A DNA stretch of 64,000 nt from an uncultured Actinomycetes bacterium (GTDB taxonomy: Bacteria > Actinomycetota > Thermoleophilia > Gaiellales > JAICJC01): positions 203,397 to 267,396 of the forward strand of contig CAWCNL010000004.1 in assembly GCA_963796875.1 (NCBI GenBank). The letters run 5' to 3'. Below are positions 38,576 through 47,846 of this stretch, piece after piece. Under the pieces are notes generated by a model that was given only the letters and a program-made list of their open reading frames with translations, searched no databases and was not told where the DNA came from. The position numbers and the translations under genes are program-made. Position 1 is the stretch's first letter; each line of letters starts with the position of its first letter.

Positions 38576-38696
38576 AACTCAGCCAGCGGCCCGCCTCTCC
38601 ATCTACCTCCTTTGCAAACTCGGCGGGGGAAGGCTGTTGGAGGGGGTTCCTGAGGTGCAAGTCGTAACGCGTCGACCAGCCGGTCAGTGGTGGCGG

Positions 38697-41600
38697 TTAC
38701 GCCGAGGTCGCGTCTTGGGTGGTTCGAGGAGAGGCAGCGAGAAGCTGGTAGAGGGTCGCGCCGGTCTCAGCGGCGAACTCGCTGACGCCGTCGGCGTGTC
38801 GGTTGGCGTCGCTGGTACGGCCTTCTGCTGCCGCTTGGCGAGCGGCGAGCAGGTGGGCGTCGGCTGTTAGTGGGTGGCTGCCGACTTCTGCGTAGAGAGT
38901 GGCGGCTTCTGCGTATCGCATGTCTGCGGTTAGCAGGAGAGGCCGTCGCCAGCGAGAGGCCTCGGGGAGGAGGACTGCCGCGCCGCGGAGATCGTTGTGG
39001 CGGTCTAGCCAGGCGAGTGCCAGAGCGAGTTCGCAGAGGGTGATCGCAGTGTTGAACAGGCCGTGGCGGCGATGCCAGTTCGCGAGGTATCTGTCACATA
39101 CTCGCCGGGCTGTTGCGAGATCGGGTTGGAAGGTGTGTATTCGTCCCTCGAGTGCAAGGCCCTGGAACAGCAGGTAGTCGTTCTCACTGGCTGTTGCGAA
39201 CTCGGTGATCACCTTCGCGTCATCGAGAGCGTCTGTCGCGGCGCCGCGGGCGAGGCTGGTTCGCCCGCGCGTGAGGCGTATGTTGGCGTCGGTGTAGCCA
39301 TTGGTTGTTTGGATCTGCGAGATGAGAGTAAGAGCTGTGGCCCAGTCGCCGGCGTGATACAGCTGGTAGGCGCGTTGGCAGGCGATGTCTTCCAGGAAGA
39401 ACGTCTCGCCGTATCGAGAGGCCCAATCGGCAGCCGTGGCGAGCGCGTCATCAGCGGCGGCGAAGTCGCCGAGCGCCGTCATCGTTTCGGACAGGTTGCT
39501 GTACACCATGGTCGTGTAGCTATCAGAATGGGCCGCGAAGGTCTCCGCGGCGTGGCGCATGTCGGCGATGCCCGCATCGATCTCGCCGTGCTCCACTCGG
39601 GCCATGCCCCGGACTTCGAAGAGACGGGCTTGGCCGACCGCGAGCCCGGCCTGGCCCGAAGCAGCAACCATCTGCTCCGCGAGAATCGTGAGCGCCTCGT
39701 CGGTCGCTCCGGTCAGATAGAGGCGGAACGCGCGGTGGGCCGCGATCTTGCACGTGATCTCGCTGGTGGGGACATGGGCGGCGTACTCCGCCGCCTTGGC
39801 CTGGTGCGCGGCGGCATTGTCGGCGTCCCCCTCGTGGTCCTTGTACCAGTTCCCGAGCATGAGCTCGACGTGCGCGGCCGCCTCCCACGCGTAAACACCC
39901 AGCTGGGCGTCGATGACCTCGCGGAAGAACTCGACGTCAACGGTGTCGCTGCCGTTGTAGAGCGCGCGGGCCTCGCCGAAGAGCAGTGCGGGTCGCTGGG
40001 GATGGTCTGCTGGGGTGAGTTCGATCGCGGCGTGGTAGTGACGCGCTGCCGCTGACCATGCATAGACAGCTGACGCCTGCTCGGCTGCCTCCGCAAATGC
40101 GGCTCTGGCCCTGGCTGTGAGTGGGGTGGTGTCCTCGCCGAGCAGCCGGCGGAGTTGCAGCGCTTGGTGGTAGTGGTCGGCGAGTAGCTCGGCCTTGTCC
40201 TCTCGGTGCGCGGCGTGCTGTTCGATCCAGGCCGCGGCTGCTTCGTGTTTTTGGGCGCGTTGAGCGCGACGGATCTGTGAGTAGGCGACGTCTCTTGTGA
40301 GCGCGTGGCCGAACGTGAACTCGGTCTCGCCGTCGAGTGAGCTTCGCCGTTCGCGCACCACCAGCTGCTTTCGTTCCAGAGCGTGGAGGAGTTCCTCGGC
40401 GTCCCAGGTGCTCCGCTTGGTCAGCGCACATACAGCTCCGATCCACGCGGTTCGTCCGATCACTGCGGCGTCCTGTATGAGCGACTTCTGGTCGGGGGAG
40501 AGCGCGTCGAGGCGGGCTGCGATGATGCCCTGGATCGTCTCTGGTAGGTCGGTGATCTGGCCCGCGAGGTCCCATCCTGTGTGGTGGTGGACGAGAAGGT
40601 CGCGGTCTTGCAGCATCCGCACGTATTCCTGGGCGTACAGTGGATTGCCGTCGGCGTGTTGCACGAGCGCGTGCTGGATCTCGGCCGGGAGCAGTGTCTG
40701 CTGGAGCAGCCCTCCCACCAGCCGGGCGGTGTCCTGATCGGAGAGTGGTGTGAGCATCAAAGTGTGCGCGTTGGTCTTGCCGCCGGCCCAGCCTGGGCGT
40801 CGCTCCAAGAGCTCGGGCCGCGCCGTGCACACGATGAGTAGCGGCACCGCGCCCCCGCGGTCAGCCATGAGGTCGATGAAATCGAGCAGCGCGTCGTCGG
40901 CCCAGTGGATGTCCTCAAACGCAAGCACCGTCGGCCCGGCCTCCGCCAGAGCCTCCAAGAACCGGCGCCACGCTGCGAACGCCTCGCCCCGACCACCCTC
41001 CGACCCGGTGGTCACGGCCTCGAGGCCTACGAGCGGGCCAAGATGGCGCGCCACCCATTCCGTGTCGCGCTGCGCCAAGCAGATCGCATCGACCGCTTCG
41101 TGGAGCTTTGCTCTAGCCACATCGGCCGTGTCGGACTCCAGGATCCCAGCCTGCAGCTTGATCATCTCTCCCAGCGCCCAAAACGCGATCCCCTCTCCGT
41201 AGGCCAGCGACCGGCCCCGCCGCCAGGTGACCAGCTCGGGCACCTCGCCGACATACGCATACAGCTCGTCAACAAGTCGCGATTTACCGATCCCCGGCTC
41301 GCCGATCACCGAAACGAGCTGCGTCGACGATTCGTCGCGGGAGCGCTCCCACGTTTCGACCAGTAGTCCTCGCTCACGGCCACGGCCGACCAGCGGCAGC
41401 CGGTCGCGATACTGCTCGGGAACGATCGAACGTGGCGCTCGCGCAACCCATACCCGGACAGGTTCGGACTTCCCTTTCGCCGCGACCGGTTCAGCGTCGT
41501 CATACTGGATCGCACGGCTCGTCGAACGATACGTCGAAGCGTCCACCAGCACCCTGTCGGTGGGCGCGGCGGCCTCAAGCCGCGCCGCCGTGTTTACGAC

Positions 41601-42062
41601 ATCCCCGATCGCATCGGGGTGGCCGTCGGCCGGGAGCGTCACGACCACCTCTCCGGTCGTGATCCCGACGCGCACGTGTAGGTCACCTCTCAGATCTCCA
41701 ACCCGGTTGCAGATCGCGAGGCCACAACGCACCGCTCGTTCGGGGTCGTCCTCGTGAGCCACGAAAGCCCCGAAAAGCGCCATCACCCCGTCGCCGGTGA
41801 ACTTCGCGACCAACCCGCCGGTGCGCTCCACCTCCTCGCGCAGCACCGCGAAGTACGGATCGAGAAACCCCTCGACGTCCTCCACGTCCAGGCTCTCCGA
41901 CCGCCGCGTGAACCCCGCCAGGTCGGCAAACAGCGTAGTGACAACGCGACGCTCGCGACGCTCCGTAACCTCACTGTCAAGACGCGTGCCGCACTCCGAA
42001 CAGAACTTCGCCGCCGCTGGAACAGCGACCCCACACTGTGGACACGACGCCGGCGCCATCAC
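38697..42062 (-). CDS. Zinc-ribbon / class III adenylyl-guanylyl cyclase / STAND (AAA_16-type) ATPase / TPR-repeat protein, paralog A (1121 aa)
   Basis: CPQCG..CSECG. Cyclase motifs FADLAGFT, KFTGDGVMALFG, GDVVNTAARLE. Walker A GEPGIGKSRLV. Walker B VLAFEDIHWADDALLDF. Long helical-repeat C-terminal half. No HTH seen. Confidence 0.9.
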   Translation of the reverse strand: MMAPASCPQCGVAVPAAAKFCSECGTRLDSEVTERRERRVVTTLFADLAGFTRRSESLDVEDVEGFLDPYFAVLREEVERTGGLVAKFTGDGVMALFGAFVAHEDDPERAVRCGLAICNRVGDLRGDLHVRVGITTGEVVVTLPADGHPDAIGDVVNTAARLEAAAPTDRVLVDASTYRSTSRAIQYDDAEPVAAKGKSEPVRVWVARAPRSIVPEQYRDRLPLVGRGRERGLLVETWERSRDESSTQLVSVIGEPGIGKSRLVDELYAYVGEVPELVTWRRGRSLAYGEGIAFWALGEMIKLQAGILESDTADVARAKLHEAVDAICLAQRDTEWVARHLGPLVGLEAVTTGSEGGRGEAFAAWRRFLEALAEAGPTVLAFEDIHWADDALLDFIDLMADRGGAVPLLIVCTARPELLERRPGWAGGKTNAHTLMLTPLSDQDTARLVGGLLQQTLLPAEIQHALVQHADGNPLYAQEYVRMLQDRDLLVHHHTGWDLAGQITDLPETIQGIIAARLDALSPDQKSLIQDAAVIGRTAWIGAVCALTKRSTWDAEELLHALERKQLVVRERRSSLDGETEFTFGHALTRDVAYSQIRRAQRAQKHEAAAAWIEQHAAHREDKAELLADHYHQALQLRRLLGEDTTPLTARARAAFAEAAEQASAVYAWSAAARHYHAAIELTPADHPQRPALLFGEARALYNGSDTVDVEFFREVIDAQLGVYAWEAAAHVELMLGNWYKDHEGDADNAAAHQAKAAEYAAHVPTSEITCKIAAHRAFRLYLTGATDEALTILAEQMVAASGQAGLAVGQARLFEVRGMARVEHGEIDAGIADMRHAAETFAAHSDSYTTMVYSNLSETMTALGDFAAADDALATAADWASRYGETFFLEDIACQRAYQLYHAGDWATALTLISQIQTTNGYTDANIRLTRGRTSLARGAATDALDDAKVITEFATASENDYLLFQGLALEGRIHTFQPDLATARRVCDRYLANWHRRHGLFNTAITLCELALALAWLDRHNDLRGAAVLLPEASRWRRPLLLTADMRYAEAATLYAEVGSHPLTADAHLLAARQAAAEGRTSDANRHADGVSEFAAETGATLYQLLAASPRTTQDATSA

Positions 42063-42230
42063 GACCCCGAGCGTACCTTGCCACCTGCGATCTGAACAAC
42101 CAATCGGGTCGTGCTTTGCTCTTTTGGGCGGTAGCCTGCATCGGCGTGTGGAAGCTGGGCAAGTGGATCCCCTGAGAGCCTCGGTACGTAGGTCAGAATC
42201 GCTGAGTGTGGCTGCGTTGCAGTGTCCGAT

Positions 42231-43883
42231 CTATGGAGTGGCGGGTCCCGTGAGTTCGTCGAGTCGTTGGTCGATGATGCTGGCGACTGACGCGCGGGTG
42301 CCGACGTGCCCTGTGAGGGCGAGCAGGAATGGTTCGCGTTCGAGGGCGTAGAGGTCGGCGTCGGTGTGAGCGATGACTGTGGCTGTTCGCGGCATGTTGC
42401 GGATCAGAGCGATTTCGCCCACGCCTTCGGCGCGGCTTCGGGCTACGACGACAGCGTCGTTCTTCAAGACATCGAGCTGGCCGCGCGCGATCGCGTAGTA
42501 ACGGTCGCCGGGATCGCCCTCGCGGATGACGACCGTTCCTGCCGGCACTTGCAGAGGCGTCAGTGATTTGGCGAGTGTCTCCAGCGCCGGTGCGGGGAGT
42601 GCCTCGAACAATGGGATCGATCGCAACAGGCGAAGCTCGACCACGGGCACCGTGGCCGCGGCGTCCAACGCACGGAGTCGGGGGGCGAGCACCGCAACTG
42701 TGAGGACCACGATCAACGCTGTCCCGACCATCGCGCCGTTGACACCCCAGAGGCCGACCAGGATTGGCACGATCGTCACGCCTATCGCGAGGCCAGCGCA
42801 GATTAGGCCTTCCAGCATCCCGAACACCTGCGCCAACACGCGGGGTGGTGCGGTGCGCTGCAGCAGTGTACGGCCGGTCACGTCGAACACGCCCCGGCTG
42901 AGGCCCGCCACGGTAAACAGGATCAGCGCACTTGCGACCGTCGTGTAGCCGGCCAGCAGCAGAAGTGCGACCGGCCCAGCCAGCCCCGCGGCGATGAGCA
43001 TCGGTGCCTGGCGGCGCCCGCCCACCATCAGGCCGGTGATCGCGATTGCAAGCAATCCGCCCGCTCCGGCGGCGGCCGTCAGATAGCCCGCGCCGCCCTG
43101 CCCCATCCCCAACTCGCCGACTGCGAGCACAACGTAGATCAGATCCAGCGCGCCCACCAGCACGTACTGTGCGCCGAGCACTGCGACGAGGGTGAGCACT
43201 GCTGGGTTATCGGCCAGAAGCTGAAGACCGCCAACCGCGTCCCGCCCACCGGAATCGCTACCGGAAGACTCCACGTACGGGCGCGGCCCCGGGATCGTGG
43301 CGATCAGGAGCGACGCCACAAGGGCGAGGACAACCATTGCACTGACGGCTGCGGCTGGTCCGCTTGAGTTCAGCAGCACGGCGACGCCGATCGGTGTGAC
43401 CAGTGTGGCCGCGCTCTCCAGCCAACCCTGCCCTGCGTTGGCTGCCGCGAGTTCTGCGGGTGATGTCACCACCGATGGCAACAACACGGCCTGCGCCGGG
43501 CGCGGTACACAGATCGCGAGGTTGACAATCGGAGCCAGTGCGAACACGAGGAACCGCGGCGCGCCCGTCGCCATCAACAGGGCCACACCGGCCATCGACA
43601 ACCCCAGGGCCACATACCCCCACAGCAACACGCGGCCGGGTCGGTACCGGTCGGCCAGCGCACCGAGCCGAGTGGCGAGCAGAGCGCCGGGAACAAGCTG
43701 CACGAGCGCCATCACGCTCGCAGCCCTGGCACCCCCGCCGCTGCCATATGCATAGACGATCAGCACGACCCAGACACCCATGATCGCTCCGACGAATGCC
43801 GTGTAGGCGATTCCCACCCGCAGTAGCGTCCGGTTCCGGGCCGCCGAACCGAACACGCCGGCCGAGGCTCGCAGGCGATCCAT
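42231..43883 (-). CDS. MFS transporter fused to a C-terminal cyclic-nucleotide-binding (CAP/cNMP) domain
   Basis: 550 aa. About 400 aa of TM helices, then LRSIPLFEALPAPALETLA...IREGDPGDRYYAI...GVGEIALIRNMPRTATVIA (FGE-L/I-AL ... RTA phosphate-binding cassette). Confidence 0.9.
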   Translation of the reverse strand: MDRLRASAGVFGSAARNRTLLRVGIAYTAFVGAIMGVWVVLIVYAYGSGGGARAASVMALVQLVPGALLATRLGALADRYRPGRVLLWGYVALGLSMAGVALLMATGAPRFLVFALAPIVNLAICVPRPAQAVLLPSVVTSPAELAAANAGQGWLESAATLVTPIGVAVLLNSSGPAAAVSAMVVLALVASLLIATIPGPRPYVESSGSDSGGRDAVGGLQLLADNPAVLTLVAVLGAQYVLVGALDLIYVVLAVGELGMGQGGAGYLTAAAGAGGLLAIAITGLMVGGRRQAPMLIAAGLAGPVALLLLAGYTTVASALILFTVAGLSRGVFDVTGRTLLQRTAPPRVLAQVFGMLEGLICAGLAIGVTIVPILVGLWGVNGAMVGTALIVVLTVAVLAPRLRALDAAATVPVVELRLLRSIPLFEALPAPALETLAKSLTPLQVPAGTVVIREGDPGDRYYAIARGQLDVLKNDAVVVARSRAEGVGEIALIRNMPRTATVIAHTDADLYALEREPFLLALTGHVGTRASVASIIDQRLDELTGPATP

Positions 43884-43996
43884 CGGCCAAGCGTATACAG
43901 GGACGCGACTCTCCCGCCCGAGCAGCCGCTGAGTGCCCGCGTGCTGCCTGAGGGTGGGCCTAGAGATCGGCGAGGCGGGCGGGGTCGCTAGCTCCT

Positions 43997-46900
43997 ATGA
44001 TTGGCGATTCAGTGATCTGCCCGAACTGCTCAACGATTGCCGAGGGCGCGAAGTTCTGCCCTGAATGTGGAACCGCGATGGGCGTAACGCCTGTGTCGGA
44101 GCGCCGCGAACGGCGCGTCGTCTCGGTGCTGTTCGCCGATCTGGTCGGTTTCACCAGTCGGTCGGAGCGACTGGACGTCGAGGATGTCGAGGGCTTCCTG
44201 CAGCCGTACTTCCAACTGCTCGAAGCTGCAGTCCAGAGCACCGGGGGCGTGGTGGCGAAGTTCACTGGTGATGGCGTGATGGCGATGTTCGGTGCCGACG
44301 TTGCGCATGAGGACGATCCCGAACGGGCGGTGAGAGCCGGACTCGCGATATGCGAGGGAATCGCTGATCTGGATGACGGTGTTCTTAATGTGCGGGTCGG
44401 CGTCACGACTGGAGAGGTTCTGGTCACCCATGACGCACACGGACGCATGGATGCCGTCGGTGATGTTGCGAACACGGCCGCCAGGCTGGAATCGGCGGCA
44501 CCGGTCGGCCGCATGCTGGTCGATACCCACACGTACCGCTCGACAGAACTGGCGATTCTTTACGACCAAAGCGACGGTGTCGTCGCTAAGGGCAAGTCCG
44601 GCAAGATCGAGGCTTGGATAGCCGTCCAGGCGCGATCAATCGTGCCGGAGCAGACGAGGGCGTCCGATCTGCCGCTGGTTGGGCGCGAGGCGGAGTGCGT
44701 CATGCTGCGCGGAGCACTTGACCGCAGCCTTCGAGATCCGGCTACGCAGCTGATCACCGTGGTCGGACCACCGGGTATCGGCAAAAGCAGACTCGTCGAA
44801 GACCTGGGCGATTATGTTGAGGACGTCCAGGAGCTGATCACCTGGCGCCGCGGCCGCTCACTCTCGTACGGCGAGGGGATCGCCTTCTGGGCGCTGGGAG
44901 AGATGATCAAGTTGCAGGCCGGGATTCTCGAGTCCGACGATGGCCAGGTTGCCGACGAAAAGTTGAGGGTGGCGGTGGTGAATCTGATCGTCGTCGACGA
45001 GGGTGATCGGGATTGGGTGATCCGCCACTTGAGACCGCTGGTAGGGTTGGATCGCACGGTCTCGGCCGAGGCGAATACTGCTGAGGCGTTCGCCGCCTGG
45101 CGGCGGTTCTTCGAGGCGATGGCCGAGGAAGGGCCGACGGTGCTCGTGTTCGAGGACATCCACTGGGCCGACGATGCGCTGCTCGATTTCATCGACCTGC
45201 TAGTCAGCCGTGCTGGTGCCGTGCCGCTGCTGATCGTGTGCACCGCCCGGCCAGAGCTCTTTGAACGTCGACCGGCCTGGGGAGGCGGCAAGCCCAACGC
45301 GAGCACGATTTCGTTGACGGCGCTGAGTGGCGAGGACACGGCACGACTGGTCGCCGAACTGCTTAATCAGGCGTTGCTTCCAGTGGATGTCCAGCAGGCG
45401 CTGCTTGATCGGGCGGGTGGAAACCCGTTGTACGCGCAGGAGTATGTTCGTATGCTGCAAGACCGGGCTCTCCTGCGACGGGGGGAAGCCGGCTGGAGCC
45501 TCGAGGGCGAGATCGACGGCCTGCCCGAGTCTGTTCACGGAATCATCGCCGCCCGCCTGGACACCCTGTCACACGACGAGAAACAACTGATCCACGACGC
45601 AGCCGTGATGGGCCGAACCGCGTGGCTCGGGGCCGTGTGTGCGCTCACGCCCCGCCCATCCGCCAGTGCAGATGATCTACTCCACGCGCTGGAACAAAAA
45701 CAGCTCGTCCAGCGGGTACGCCGGCCGACGATCACTGGAGAGACCGAGTTTCGGTTCGCCCACGCGCTCACCGTCGAAGTCGCCTACGCACAGATCCGTC
45801 GAGCCGACCGCGCTCAAAAACACGAGGCCGCAGCGGCGTGGATCGAGCGACTGGCCGAAGGGCGGGAGGACAAAGCAGAGCTGCTCGCTCACCACTACGC
45901 AACTGCGCTCGAGCTGCGCCGCCAGATAGGTGAAACTCCCGACGACCTGCTCAGGCGTGCGGCAAGCGCCCTAGCAGAAGCCGGGCGCCAATCGGCTGCT
46001 CTGAACGCGTACACTCGCGCTGTCGGGTATTTCGACGCCGCACTCGACGCCCTCCCCGACGACGACCCAACACGGGCAGATCTGCTCTATGACCGTGCCG
46101 TGGCCCAGTCGCGTGGCGGCGCGGTCACTGACGCCGAACTCGACCAGGCGCTCGAGGCGCAGTTGGCCGCTCAGTGCTGGGAGGGAGCCGCCCGGGTGGA
46201 GGTATTGATCGCGCATCGCGCCACGCGAGAGGACGGTGACCTCAAACGTGGACTCGATCACCTTGATAATGCGAGTCGCTACGCGCAGCGCGTGCCCTAC
46301 TCGCACACCGCCAGTGAGGTCGCCCACACACGGCTGCGCGCGCTCCTCAGTGAAGTGGGTAACGAGCACGACCTGGTCGGGTTAGCGCGAGAGGGGCTTC
46401 AACGTGCCGAGGCTGCAGGCGACGAGGTGGGTGCGGCGTTGCTGCTGTCCGACCTCGCCGACGCACGGTTCGAAGCCGGCGATCTCGACGGGATCGACGA
46501 CGCTGAGAAGTCGGCCGACATGCTCGACCGGCTGTCCGACCGGGCCGCCGCAAACGCTTACAACTCGCTCGCGTGGAACTATTTCAACGTCGGTCGGCTG
46601 GATGATTCGCTGGCCGCGCTGGGCCGGGCGCGCGACTGGGCCGGACGCATGGGAGAGCCGTACTTGCTTGCGCAGGTTGAAGGAAGCGGCGCAGAAATCA
46701 ATTATTACGCCGGTTCGTGGCAGTCCGCCAGGATTATCACGGAGCGCTATCTCGATGATCCAGCTCGATTTCATGCCATGGCGGCACGCAACATCCGCGG
46801 GCGACTCGCGCTCGCCGCCGGTGACATGGACACCGCGCGCGCAGACGCGAACGACAACATCGAGTTCGGTGAGTCGGCTGACAACCACGAGTTCCTCTGT

Positions 46901-47353
46901 CCCGGTCTGGCGCTGCTCGCCGCGACCGAGCGAGTCGCCGGTGATCGTGCGGCGTCAGAGCGCGCGATCACGCGCTACCTCGAAGCGTGGCATGCTGCCG
47001 GCGGGTCGACACCCCCGACCCTCGCCGAGGTGGCGCTCGTCCAAATCGGGGACGGTTCCAACGACGCTATTATTGGTGCGGCGCTGATCCTCGACGAACG
47101 GGTTCACTGGCGGGCGCCAATACTGGCACTCGCGCACGGCCACTACGAAGAAGCCGTGCGGATGTTCGAGGTAATCGGCTCGTCGCCGTTAACGGCCGAG
47201 GCCGATTTCCGCGCTGCTACGCGAGCCCGTGCCGTGGGTGATGATCACTCCGCCCGACACCACGCGCGTGCCGCGCGCACATTCGCGGAGCGTGTTGGGG
47301 CAGGTCGGATGCTGGTTGAACTCGACGCTCTCCAACGGTCGGAAACGGCATAG
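43997..47353 (+). CDS. Zinc-ribbon / class III cyclase / STAND ATPase / TPR protein, paralog B (1118 aa)
   Basis: CPNCS..CPECG, FADLVGFT, KFTGDGVMAMFG, GDVANTAARLE, GPPGIGKSRLV, VLVFEDIHWADDALLDF. Shares WRRGRSL-YGEGIAFWALGEMIKLQAGILESD with paralog A. Confidence 0.9.
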   Translation: MIGDSVICPNCSTIAEGAKFCPECGTAMGVTPVSERRERRVVSVLFADLVGFTSRSERLDVEDVEGFLQPYFQLLEAAVQSTGGVVAKFTGDGVMAMFGADVAHEDDPERAVRAGLAICEGIADLDDGVLNVRVGVTTGEVLVTHDAHGRMDAVGDVANTAARLESAAPVGRMLVDTHTYRSTELAILYDQSDGVVAKGKSGKIEAWIAVQARSIVPEQTRASDLPLVGREAECVMLRGALDRSLRDPATQLITVVGPPGIGKSRLVEDLGDYVEDVQELITWRRGRSLSYGEGIAFWALGEMIKLQAGILESDDGQVADEKLRVAVVNLIVVDEGDRDWVIRHLRPLVGLDRTVSAEANTAEAFAAWRRFFEAMAEEGPTVLVFEDIHWADDALLDFIDLLVSRAGAVPLLIVCTARPELFERRPAWGGGKPNASTISLTALSGEDTARLVAELLNQALLPVDVQQALLDRAGGNPLYAQEYVRMLQDRALLRRGEAGWSLEGEIDGLPESVHGIIAARLDTLSHDEKQLIHDAAVMGRTAWLGAVCALTPRPSASADDLLHALEQKQLVQRVRRPTITGETEFRFAHALTVEVAYAQIRRADRAQKHEAAAAWIERLAEGREDKAELLAHHYATALELRRQIGETPDDLLRRAASALAEAGRQSAALNAYTRAVGYFDAALDALPDDDPTRADLLYDRAVAQSRGGAVTDAELDQALEAQLAAQCWEGAARVEVLIAHRATREDGDLKRGLDHLDNASRYAQRVPYSHTASEVAHTRLRALLSEVGNEHDLVGLAREGLQRAEAAGDEVGAALLLSDLADARFEAGDLDGIDDAEKSADMLDRLSDRAAANAYNSLAWNYFNVGRLDDSLAALGRARDWAGRMGEPYLLAQVEGSGAEINYYAGSWQSARIITERYLDDPARFHAMAARNIRGRLALAAGDMDTARADANDNIEFGESADNHEFLCPGLALLAATERVAGDRAASERAITRYLEAWHAAGGSTPPTLAEVALVQIGDGSNDAIIGAALILDERVHWRAPILALAHGHYEEAVRMFEVIGSSPLTAEADFRAATRARAVGDDHSARHHARAARTFAERVGAGRMLVELDALQRSETA

Positions 47354-47389
47354 AGCGTTGACTGCACGACCGGTGAGCTAACGTGCGCG

Positions 47390-47414
47390 ACCCCGGGGTG
47401 GACCGCTCCGGGGT
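47390..47414 (+). terminator. GC hairpin after paralog B (ACCCCGG-N11-CCGGGGT); no clear T-tract
   Basis: Read directly 37 nt after the stop. Confidence 0.3.
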
Positions 47415-47480
47415 GAGAATGGATGATCGCCAGACCCGTGGCACGTCGCGACGAGGGGTCGGATCAGCTTCGGGGTCTGA

Positions 47481-47666
47481 CGACCTTCCAACTCTACGAG
47501 GCTGATCGTACACACACACACACAGAACACCCAAGAAAATGTTGCACTGCCACAAGGCCGCTATACCATCACGATCAACGGCGGCAGCGGCGGATGGCGG
47601 ATCGTCGTGAAGGCTGGGGCGACGGTAACGAAGACACTCAACGTGGTCGTATTCCCGTTCGGGTAG
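47481..47666 (+). pseudogene. Start-less C-terminal remnant of a PEGA/CarboxypepD_reg-like beta-sandwich protein containing a (CA)7 microsatellite
   Basis: Own translation: ...HTHTHTQNTQENVALPQGRYTITINGGSGGWRIVVKAGATVTKTLNVVVFPFG*. No standard start codon in frame. CA repeat at about 47509-47523. Confidence 0.35.
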
Positions 47667-47670
47667 GAAA

Positions 47671-47805
47671 CGCCGCCACCCCCGAATCACCTGGAACGCC
47701 CGGTCAACGCTCGGCCATCGCCTGTCACCGCCCCCGAACCAGCCGGGACGCCAGGTCAACGCTCGGGCCATCGCCTGTCACCGCCCCCCGAACCAGCCGC
47801 AACAC
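47671..47805 (-). repeat. R49 repeat, three tandem copies in reverse orientation (first truncated)
   Basis: gtcaacgctcggccatcgcctgtcaccgcccccgaaccagccgggacgcc and gtcaacgctcgggccatcgcctgtcaccgccccccgaaccagccgcaacac. Confidence 0.9.
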
Positions 47806-47846
47806 CCGGGCCACCCCAGCACCGCCACACCGATTCGATTCGGTGA

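Larger units (their letters stand above)
36793..38613. mobile_element. 1.8-kb non-autonomous element candidate: 19-bp terminal inverted repeats (AAAGGAGGTAGATGGARAG, 18/19) flanked by a perfect 14-bp direct repeat GCAAACTCGGCGGG
   Basis: DR 36779-36792, IR-L 36793-36811, IR-R 38595-38613, DR 38614-38627, all read directly. No transposase inside. Cargo is lipoprotein genes plus R49 repeats. Confidence 0.5.
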
